From Balanoglossus misakiensis (Eukaryota; Animalia; Hemichordata): DNA of 64,000 bases. The stretch spans positions 5,086,156 through 5,150,155 of the forward strand of contig CM082588.2 in assembly GCA_040954595.2 (NCBI GenBank), in the 5' to 3' direction. Positions 53,601-64,000 of this stretch are shown here, piece by piece; position 1 is the first letter of the stretch, and the number at the start of each line of letters is the position of its first letter. The notes beneath the pieces are model-generated. The model was not told where the DNA came from. It ran no database searches and worked only from the letters and a program-made list of their open reading frames with translations. The position numbers and the translations under genes were made by a program.

Positions 53601-56600
53601 CAAGTTCTGTGACCTAGCGCATGTTTACTCAACACTCTCATCTCAATATTCGTGATTCCCTTTGTCACTGTCGAGATTACGCACCACCAGGGAGAGCTTA
53701 ACTTTGGCATTAAGAAACAATAACTGCAAACTAGAAGATTAGTTTAGCCTTCTTCAATGAACAGTAAGGCAAGGGGGTTGGGGGGGGGGGGGGGTGCTAC
53801 TAGTCATCCCATGATGCTTTGCCATGAGCTACATGTTTCACTTTCATTTCAAACTTTGCAGCGATCTAACACTTGAAATAAAAATAATGGAGAGAGAAAA
53901 GTAAAACTTAAACTATATATAGGCATGAAAATCCCTAGTACCAGTAAACTAAAGTGGCTTGCGATGACATAAATCATGGATTAATTTACACATCAACCGA
54001 ACTGCAGACTTGGTGATGTGACATCCAAGATATACACAAACACCTGTTGCTACAGTTACACCGTATCGGTGGGCACGACACATTGATCTTTCAATCTTAA
54101 GCCTGGCAGTCTACTTACATCTGATGACATAGTTAGGGGACTGGTGTGGCTTAGATATTCCACCAGCTGGGCATGGTTTCCCGGCCGATAGCTTCTTCCT
54201 TTTCCTTGACTGTACAACCACTCCGCTTTCAGACTGCCCACGGAAGAAAGAAAAAAAAGGCAGAATTTGGAAATCAGTACCGATGAGAAATGGACCTTAA
54301 TGCCTGCCTTACGCAATGTTTGTAGGACTTGCGCATTGTCAGTTAAAAATATCACAATCACATTCAATGACTTGATGTAAACTTTGATAGGAGACAGTTC
54401 CACACAATCTTCAATATAACACTGGCATGGACATTACTGGTACATTAAGACAAGTTTCTGTGGAGGTTTTCACATTTAAATATGTGAGAGATATTCTCCA
54501 GAACAAAACATATTTTTCTTTCATTTTTCATGACTGTTTTCAATCTAGTCGTGAGTAAGTACACGCTTTTATTTTTTTAGATGCGATACCTAACCTGACA
54601 AATTAATTGAGTAATGTTGGCAGCCAAAAGAAATATGTTTTCAAAAAGTCAAAACTTGAAAGAACTGCGTAATCAACATCATCCATCATGATAAAAATCG
54701 CAAGAGCATATTTCCTTGTACGTGCAGTACTACTACATGCTGGTTTGAACTCTCAGTAAAGTTCATCAAGAAGAACTGTGTTTAAACCCCAATTTTAAAT
54801 AGAAAGACGCAGGGGGTGGGGGTGGGGGTGGGTCTTACCTTTCTTTCTGGGTGACAGTGAAACCGTCCAGGATTCTCAGCTTCAGACACCAGTTGACAAC
54901 AAAGGGACGGTAATCGAAGCCGCTGTGGTTTAGTGCGTTAAGGAAAAAAACCCAACACAATGCCTAAGAGTGCCTTAGTAAGGCACCTATCAGTTGTGAG
55001 CGCTGACAGTCAATTGATACGGTGATCAGAGTGTAAGGTGGACTTACTGAGCTTTGCGGAACAATACCCAGCATTGTCTGCGTATTATGTTGACCCCCTC
55101 AGGTCAATCATTACACGCAAGGTCCCGACCTTGGCAGCGGAGAAAAATAAAAGAAACTCATCGATAAGATTTTTACACTTTTGAGCCGGGGCGGGTTCTT
55201 ATGATTTGCCGGGATACTCAATGCGTCACTGCAGGTGGCTGGGATGCTAATTGTATTGATCCGGGTTTAGCGGACGGGGCATCCGGAATACACACAGTTA
55301 GAGTTTGTTTTCGGTTTTCTGCTAAGGCTCATAAAATAGCTGAATACTTCTGACCCCAGGAGTTACACACAGCTCTGTAAGAAAAGGCGACACACAGTCC
55401 GTATACTTGACAGTTTTAAGACGCTCACAGCAAAATTCACGGCCCATTTTTTCTCCCTATCATTTACAGACTGGCCGGTAAACCTCCAACATTCCACTCC
55501 ATTACCAAGTAATTCCTTCTCTCTGAACAAAGACGCCAAATCACCCCTGGTGGTGTGAAATCTCCAAACCTGCCTAGCAACAAATTCCCCTGCACCTAAC
55601 AGTCTCCGGCTAACAATGACTAATTAGACAGTAACTGTATTCTGCAGTCCCTTAAGGAGTTGACCTCCTCTGACCCTTCCAACCTAAATGAAGTGCTCCT
55701 GCCCAAAATTTGGCGGTTAACAGGTCCATACACAGATCCTCTGTGTGTCGACAAACAACGCGGGTACAAGTATGGACACGCCGCGCAGACAACAGTTAAA
55801 ACACAACATAATGGCACCTGTCGCATACCTGCATTGTCAGTTTTCTCAACACTTCAAAGTCTGTTCAGCAGAAAGATATTGCCACTTGTTGAGCTGAATC
55901 TCAACAGCCAGGACATGTCTGACTTTTAACAACGGGTTGATTTTTCTCACTTGTCTCTGAAATTCACATGTACCCTTAGTAAACTGTTCGACTTATGCTG
56001 TGTTTGGAAATCAAAGTTTTAGACTATCTGTGCTAGAGCTGAACTACAGGGAGTTTAAGCAAACCCACTTTAACCGAGCTCTTTTGATTTTTCCTTCATT
56101 TGGCAGAGAAACTGGAGTGCAAGGCCGAGAAAAAGATGGAAATGATCAGACGCCACTTTCAACACAATGAGAGTTGAACAGAAAGAGACTAAATTAATGT
56201 ATGCATTCTTATTCTTCAGGTTCGCCTTTTCAAGGTTGCGGACGGGCCCCCCAAAGGAATGCACCATTGTACATTTAAGAGGGGACACTTCTCCCAGATT
56301 TTAAACCTCAAGATCACCACACACAGACAACACTGCCAACAAGTGTCTGTTGCCTAGTTTCCATGTCAATCATCTTACATGTCCATGGTAACAATCGATC
56401 GGCACAAATTGTCTTTTTCTCTCTACAATGCTCATTGAGTGATGCATTCACTGGCTACCAAGCATTTTTGAAATTTAACGATTACCTGTAAATTTTCAAG
56501 CACTCATGTAACACCCTGGATCTGAAGCAGACTTGCCGGGGGTGATTTTTCAAAGTTCTGTAAATGTTCGTTCTGTGCCAAACTTTTGAAATAATCCAAA

Positions 56601-58360
56601 CACTGACGTCTAGCATTGTTTTTTAGGCCTGCAAGTGGTTGAGCAGCTCTGATATCACAATGGGTCCATTATATTCTTGTTATTTTTTAAGCTGGTATCA
56701 GTACGATCAAAGTGTAGGGGTACGTACATGTGTACCGCACTCTGCACCATGACGATAAGGGATAAAATGCCTCAATGATTGTCCATTTGAAACTGTACAG
56801 AGTATTGTGATATAAAACAATGGGTTTTACAACCAAAGACTGTACAGTTGGAGTGGTGGTCGAATCATGATTAAAAACAACCCTGTAGGGATGCTTTTGG
56901 CAGACTGCCAACCCAGCCAGGATAACAGTCGACTTCAATGTTTGGATTCAGGTGAGAGTGTTTGACTTAGGTGAAAAAAGAAAACAACTAAAACTTAAAA
57001 CTGTGATGTAATCATTAGGTCGTTGACCTTATAATCAAAGTCTACATCGCAGAAAATCAAAATCGAGATAACCTATTAATACTTTGAAATCACTGCCTAA
57101 TGTTTCTCTGTGCATCACGTTACCAAACAGATCATCACCACAGCTTTGTCAGTAAAACGTACGATGATGTCATCAAACACCAGTCATTAACTGATCAATA
57201 TTTAAGAGGAATCTTGCTTCTTTCCCTTCTCTCGCATTGTGCCACCACGGAATCAACAAGTTTTTCCTCCACAAAGTGACCTTACCCCCACACACACGAT
57301 AATGACATTATGTCAAAATAACAAGAGCGCTGTAGAGTTTACCAAGGGGCGTGTGTGTTGGTCACAACCTGTGTACAAAATCAAGGCCACTGCTGAATGT
57401 TTGCTATCATATCAGCCTGGCTGTCATCTGGTCAACTGCAGCTCAAACCTGAAAGTCTACACATTAGCATTCAGATGTTTTCAAGTTTCCCAGTGACAAA
57501 TAATTCCATCAAGAAAATTTAACTCATTGTTAAGTAAGTCCGTATTAAGCGCCCATTGACAAAGATGCAATTTCTGCTTCAGAGAGAGAGCAACAGACAC
57601 TGTACTAAGGTATAGTCAGTATGGACTTAAAGACTTGGCCACAATGCAACTTAGACTGACTTCACTTCGAGAATCTTTCTGTGAAATGCTTTTAAGCAAT
57701 GCAGTGCCCCAGGCCTCCATCAAACCAAGCAACAAGGCTGCATTTAAAAAAAAGTTCAAACACACCTGTAGCCCAGGCCACCAGCCAATTGACGTCAGTG
57801 TCTTCACAACAGACAATGACGTGGATTGAGTCACACAGGGACATCTCACTGAGGCAATCTTGTCTTTAAAACTAACGTGAACTATGGATGTGGCTGGCCA
57901 GAGATACCCAAACATAAAAGCAGATCCGCTAATCAACACAGCGGGGCACTTTTTGACACACACTAAAGCTGACAACTTTAAATCCTCAAGTATACTGAGA
58001 CACAGGAAGACCATGGAAGTATGGACAAAACAGTAGCGCAGTAGACACAATAGATACACCATGCTAGTCTCACATACACCTACTCAGGTGTACGTGTACA
58101 TCAGAAAAACTTGGCAGGTGTTCAGTGCAAGTACCATATACTGGTATACACAACTCTAAATGTGCCCATGAATATCCGAAAACATGCATTTAATACTTTG
58201 TATGTTGTTCAGATATACTATACAGTACACACACACACATACACACATCAATCTTCTTTTAATTCAAAGGATACTGCCCATCAGAATTTGTCATCAGAAC
58301 GCAAGGATTGTTCATAATAGACAACTGTTGTAGACTTCCAAGACATGTTAAATATGATAC
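38656..58360 (-). CDS. CEP97: CEP97-like centrosomal protein, 5'-partial (N-terminal LRR exons not found in window). Exons 58360-58275, 54922-54839, 54233-54119, 52745-52394, 52115-51065, 49626-49551, 47920-47750, 44432-44319, 44159-43897, 43776-40782, 40206-38656; ~2285 aa within the window
   Basis: [12 protein letters not shown] / [20 protein letters not shown]...QKES / [18 protein letters not shown] / [11 protein letters not shown] motif [15 protein letters not shown], and [12 protein letters not shown] all match CEP97 blocks. The 11 exons sum to 6858 nt, in frame to a TAG. Linkage of the last four exons is inferred from phase only. Confidence 0.85.
40708..40770 (+). repeat. (GACA/GATA)n tetranucleotide microsatellite in the last CEP97 intron
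   Basis: Directly visible. Confidence 0.85.
48037..48175. repeat. Degenerate minisatellite of GTGTTA(A/G)C / CCAGTGA-like units
   Basis: Recurrent gtgttaac, gttagccc and cagtgac words. Confidence 0.5.
49133..49226. mobile_element. TTAA-flanked piggyBac-type MITE (~86 bp)
   Basis: TTAA|CCCCTTCACC ... GGTGAAAGGG|TTAA. Related fragments occur at ~13671-13710, ~29441-29480, ~32767-32843 and ~60916-61015. Confidence 0.75.
54923..58274 (-). other. U12-type (minor spliceosome) GT-AG intron in CEP97
   Basis: Donor GTATCCTTT (58274-58266) and branch site TTCCTTAAC (54945-54937), followed by 14 nt ending in CCACAG with no intervening pyrimidine tract. Splicing restores the reading frame (SDGHGFDY). 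Confidence 0.9.
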
Positions 58361-60617
58361 CTGTAAGAAAAAAGAAAGAAAAAACACTACTGATCAGTTC
58401 ACATAATAAATAAACATACAAAGGGAAATTACTATAAATCATATTTTAAGTTTAAAAATATACTGTGTTTTTGTTTTCAGTTGTTAAATCCTTAGGTTGG
58501 CATTAGTTCTAACAGCCACACAGTCATAAATTTCTTCTGTCAGGGTGTACAGTAAACCTGTTACTGCGTGGATTGGAAGTTGATCCTGACTTAATCCCCC
58601 ACCTCATCTGGCTTAGAGTTAATCCCCTGCGCTCTGTGATCTCTGTAAATGATGTCCACAGATTAGCATGGATGAACTCAGGTGTATTATCAGTTTACAT
58701 ACTGTAGGGTGAGCGTTGTCATGTACTGCTAATAGGTAAAGGACCACTGCCCGTATATGATAGGATCTGTGCATAAATACAGCAAGGTTTACCTGCTAGA
58801 AGAGAGACGTTTGGACACAGACAGTTTTCCAAGCCACGGAGAATCGCAAAGCGGGACAGGCGAACTCAGGTTACTTCTGGAGAGAGGCCCGCAGGACAAA
58901 GCTCAGCGGAGGGCAGTGTCTGCGACAATGGCCAAGGTATGGGGTGACCAAACAATGTAGTACGACTCACACTGGATCGCGTGTCGTAAAAGCGTGACTC
59001 TCTTGGCACGGTGCCTAATCAGCGCGTAATTAAAATGAGTCAGGTTACAATGGTTGGAGGACTGACTGGTGGTGTGGTAATCAAGAGGTGGGTTGGGTCT
59101 GTCTCTTAGCGATGTGCCAATGTGTACAAACAAAACTACACTCTCGCTTTATTTTTTTTTATCAGCAGCACCAACATGTCCAGCTTTTTACATGTATCTT
59201 CCCGCCCAAAAGAAACCCACCTTGCCGCGTTCACTGTGGCTACCCTTGCTCTAACCTTGAAGCGTAGTGCAAAACCGTACAGCAAGTTTTCAATGGTCTT
59301 ACAAGCTTTCGTAAAAAAAATTCCTAAAGTCTTTGTCTGGGTGCATGCCAACAGACAAAATACATTGTTAACTAAAACCAGATGAGACAAAACTGCTGAT
59401 TGTATTTACTGCACGGGTTTGACACAAATTGATACAAAAATATAGATCACGTAAACACCACCCATAATCAGTCAACATACACCACAGTTTTGGCACACTT
59501 GACATCAAATTTCACCTGGCCAGGTCCTAGGAAACCCACGCATTTCCACAATGACCAATATTGACCTCAAGCACCAATCTTGACCTTAATCTTGAACCTC
59601 GCCTGACCAAATACAATTCACTCATCCCACAATCAACCTGTGGTTTACACAAAACCGCAATACAGGCAGCGTTTGGAACAAAGCACTTCTGACGACAAAA
59701 AAAGAGAGTCCATTTTATCCCTGACCTGCTATTTGTGGGTATGACGCACTTCACGAACAAGAGAGGTTGTGTCTTAAAAATAGAAAAGAAAACGTTTTGT
59801 TTCTTCATTTGCAATAAGTCACTTCACCAGGGATTAAGTCGAAATACGAAAAAAGATTGATTGCACTCTCTGAGTGTATTGTGTCATTGCTATACTGGGA
59901 CTTGGAAACAATACAATAGGAACTATAAACATCCACGCTGGAGTCATAAGATATATTCATAGTGCACTGTAGAAGTTGGGTCAATCAGCAACAATAGAAC
60001 AGCCACAACAACAGAAAAAGAAGGCTTTGTTCAATGCTAAGTCAGGCTCCTAGCTGAACTTACGTGTTACACCTGTGTGCACGCTGACCAACTTGGGATG
60101 AGTTTCACCTGTTAAGTGACCAATAAGAAGTGGCCACAGGTGCAATCAATGCGTCTGGAGAATTTTTTCTACTTTGACGTCCCGTAGCAAGTGTGAAATG
60201 ACCGCAAAATTTGTTGGAATGTCAGGTGGATTACAAGCAATTCTGCTCATTCCCGTAAAAGGCCACTTTTTTAATGAGACCACTTTACGCATATAAAGAG
60301 ATGACCAGCCAATTGCCCCGAAGGCGCCAGCCTTAATCTCGCATTTTACTTGGCAAGAAATTAACTCAAAACTTCAATGGCAATAGACTTTACCAGTACC
60401 ACACTGCAAGTATAAGCAACATGAACTTTTTTCTCATGCAAAACTGAGTTACTGCTACTGAGACGATAGTCTAGAAGTGATCGGCACTTACATGTATGTG
60501 CACTAGACAGACAACTGATGTAATTAACTCACTGATTGGCAAATACTTAATTCGTTTCGTAAGCACTCAATTTAATTTTCAATGCTGAAAGCAAGATGTA
60601 CACAACAATGGCACCAC

Positions 60618-60783
60618 ACTGAAACAATACAACTCCATTCCACCAGACATCTAACAGTAAGGCAAAAAGAACACTACGAAACAATGGTAATGCACTGAAA
60701 CAATACAACTCCATTTCACCAGACATCTAACAGTAAGGCAAAAAGAACACAAAAAACAATGGTAATGCACTAAAACAATGCAA
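60618..60783. repeat. Recent tandem duplication, ~75-bp unit x ~2.2
   Basis: ACTGAAACAATACAACTCCATT.CACCAGACATCTAACAGTAAGGCAAAAAGAACAC...AAACAATGGTAATGC occurs twice nearly identically. Confidence 0.92.
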
Positions 60784-63700
60784 GTTCATTTGACAGCACT
60801 TTCGACAAGCAGAGTGTACAGCTGTATGCTAAATACAACACAGTCTTCACCACTTTGCATGGATGGAGGTGGAAACTGGGGGCTGAACCAATGGATCACT
60901 TGAAGTGAGTCCCTATTTAACCCTATCACCCCTATTTCCCAGCTTTTTGAGAAAACCCCATTGTTTCCAGTGGTGTAGCTGGACCTACACACTGAGAAAT
61001 GGGGTGACAGAATTGAGTAACAGCAAGGAAGGCAATGGTGGGTACCTATACGAAGCCACGAGGAGGACTTCAGACAACTTTCACTATCTTGGCTTCAAGT
61101 TAGGGTCCCTGACCAACCAGGGCAATGCACAATAGGTGGGCATATGCATGTGGAGACAGGATCTAGAATACCCTGGGGTTGTAAAAAAAAATCCCAGCAC
61201 TTGGCGAGGAAGTGCTTGACAATTGTTGCGAACACTTAGACACCAAATACCGTAACTCGACTAGTCTGCCTCGGAGGAGGAGGAGAAAAAAGACCCTCAT
61301 GTCTGCCGGCGGGGGAGATGAAAAAAGAGGCAACAGAGTAGAATATTTGGCTGAAAGCAGAGAGTAGAACAACTCCACAATGATTAGTTCTGCTACAATG
61401 GAGGAACTCGAAAAATTCAGGTAACAATGGAAACCGGCAGATATGATAGGCTGGACTGGCTGGCACAAGGTAGATGGCAAACAAAGGGTTTCTGTTATCT
61501 TCTCAAGCATTTAATAGCCAAAGCAAACGCAAGGGGGGTCTGCGTAAACAGAATGATAGAAGGCTACCAACGCTTATCATTTTACAACCGCTGTGATTAG
61601 ACTGCTATTAGCTGAAGTAGATGGCACATGCCAAGCTCGAAGACTTGATTAGCTGAAGTAGGTGGCAGATGTAAGACTGGAAATTTGAGTGCCAGTTTCA
61701 CACTTTTGCAGCTTTGCTGTCGTCATTGTTGCCCCATGATTAATGATGTAATAATTGGTCTGAGAAATACGATATTCGTGTCCTGCCCATGCAGGAAACT
61801 GCAGCTTAAAACGCACTGTGCGCCACTTATCCATCTTCACACTGCTGATTGTGGACATCCAGGGCATTACGAAGACTGCACCAATAAAAGCAATTATACC
61901 TGGGTCTACAACAGAAACATTTTTCTTTATATAAGGTTAATATACTAGTCTGCACATCCCAATATTCTAATCAAATGTAGATTTGTTCAACTGCGTGTCT
62001 TTTACCTGGAAACACGTTCCCATAACCAGCAAAAACACACACAGTGTTGCACCCCCAATCTTGAAGACAGCCACAGGCATTCATCAAAACCATCGACTTA
62101 AAAATCTTGGGACTGCATTTATCAGTAGCTTTATGTGGTTTTCACAAAGTAAATGAAAACATGTAATGCTGTGGGTGTGTGCACATGTGTGTGTGCTATC
62201 AGTTGAAACTCTGCTGGTTGTCAGAACTGAACAGCAATTGCCTGCTTTCACCATTCAGTCTGAATAACTGCTTGTAGCATGTATGTACCCAATGCTATCT
62301 TTCGGAAACATCAGCTGATCTTTATGAGGCTGTTACTAACTGCAAGAAGAAGCCAAACACGGTTTCTAGGCCGAGTCCCCAAACTCCGATTTACGACCCA
62401 TTACAAAGGCCATTTAACTGATTGCCCCAAACAGAGTGACAATGGGGGCTTCACAATTGAAAAATCAAAATATAATAAATCTCTCCTCAGTTCACGTAGC
62501 ACAGAATGCGCCCGTCACACAAAACATTTGAACAACAAAAGACTATTACCAGGGTGTGTTGAAGGAAGAAAAAAAGAATTGCTTTGACAGGGTGGAGAGT
62601 GAAATGAAAACTGAAGACGGGGATATACAGTGCAGGTGCTCATGATACTAACCTGCAACACAATGCCATCAAAGCTGATAGGGACTTTCACAGCTTAGGA
62701 AACAAGCTCTCTGCCCTGTGTCTGCGGACAGCTCTATGGGAGATAGTGAGGGCCGACTGTATTTAAAAGCAGACGCATTGCCATGGCGGCGGGATCTCTG
62801 GACAAAAATTCCTATTATTTTGCACTGGGCCAACTACGACAATACACAAAAAGGACGCGCTGATCCCCATCTTGTGTGATATTGTAATGAAATGCCTAAT
62901 CAAAGGCAGGAGATAAATCATCCAATCGTAACCAAATCTGTTTATTAGGTAATCCTTCGAAGTCCGATAAACAGTCCTGAGTGAGGTTTGGGAAGCGGGC
63001 CAAGAATTGTACTTTGGCTAGGTCAGACTCTTTGTTACACATGCACTCCAACCTGTGTCAGAGTGTTACAGCCTGACTTTGAGCTCAAGACAATGCGGAA
63101 TATTCCAATGCGAAGTACAGACAGGGGGAACAAGCAACACACTGAAAGACATTTGTTTTGAAAAAAAAGTAGACGACTTGTTTTTGGCTCCACAGGACAT
63201 GGAGGAGACTGCGGAACGGAAAACGGACAATGCACAAAGGAAAGAACAGAGCAAAAGAAACAAAGAATTGGAGAACAATAGGTTTGCGGGTGTCGCGGGA
63301 GTAACCGACCGATGTCTTTAAGATATAACCGCAGATTATCACTCTCGAAAGACAGCCCATCAATTAGCCGAAATGCAACACAAAGTTGGTTTAATTACAG
63401 AGAATTGAAACCCTTCATTTGGCCAGATCATCTCTGCTGGATCCCCCGCACTGTACGGTTCCCAAGTCCCGTTTTGTCCGACAAACAACAATTTGGCACA
63501 AATCCAAATAAAGCCAGAGAGGCATGGAAAGCTTCTCTTGCTAGACGGACTCTGAGACACAATTTGTTACCATGGAAATCAGAAATCACAGTGGTGTAAC
63601 AGACCAGTTAAAGGCATCCATGACAGAACCTGAAAGAATTGTCTACTCCTTGTTTTTTATTCAGTAAGGACAAATTGATATTGAAGACGCAGCTGTATAG

Positions 63701-64000
63701 TGCAAATCTCTAATGAACAAAGTCTTCACGAAATCTGTTCTCAGATAATAACTGCAGCACTAGGTGTACTTTCCTAACTTTCCAGATCAAGATTTAAAAA
63801 GTCCTTTCTACGAAACTTTTTTTTGTTGCAACTGACGAGTTTCAGGCTTTGGTCTGGTGCCAAACTAACAGCACAAAGAAAATCAAACTTTTTACAAAGT
63901 CTATCATTGTCTCACACTTGATATATTTATAGCTATTCCCCAAAGTCTCTCCCAAATGGGCAGTAATGTCTTAGGGCTTGATTTTTACTACCCATGCTAT

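Noticed and set aside
54923-54930. AT-AC subtype for the U12 intron (ending at CCAC)
   Set aside because: The donor starts with GT and only the CAG acceptor preserves the reading frame.
55075-55122. Hairpin containing AUGA as a SECIS element or pre-miRNA
   Set aside because: No opposing GA quartet or apical AA, it is intronic, and the stem is too short for a pre-miRNA.

Overview
Gene-dense, intron-containing animal genomic DNA; the gene set and introns suggest an invertebrate, possibly a deuterostome (inference). Nine genes could be assembled by hand with in-frame splice junctions. (1,2) Two tandem membrane-anchored short-chain dehydrogenase/reductase paralogs with degenerate cofactor motifs. 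(3) A galactose-3-O-sulfotransferase. (4,5) ZMPSTE24 head-to-head with a TP53I3/PIG3-like quinone oxidoreductase. (6,7) A TNFAIP3/A20-like deubiquitinase with 12 A20-type zinc fingers and NF-kB sites around its promoter, head-to-head with FAAH2. (8) A complete 9-exon GH29 alpha-L-fucosidase nested antisense in FAAH2 intron 1. (9) The 3' part of a very large CEP97 gene with a U12 minor intron, an FN3 domain and a long C-terminal extension carrying SxIP motifs. Two MITE families, two GC-AG introns and several simple or tandem repeats are also present. There is no evidence of prokaryotic systems, CRISPR, tRNA or rRNA. Exon boundaries were read manually and are unverified by transcripts. Comparisons to human proteins are from memory, not from a search.
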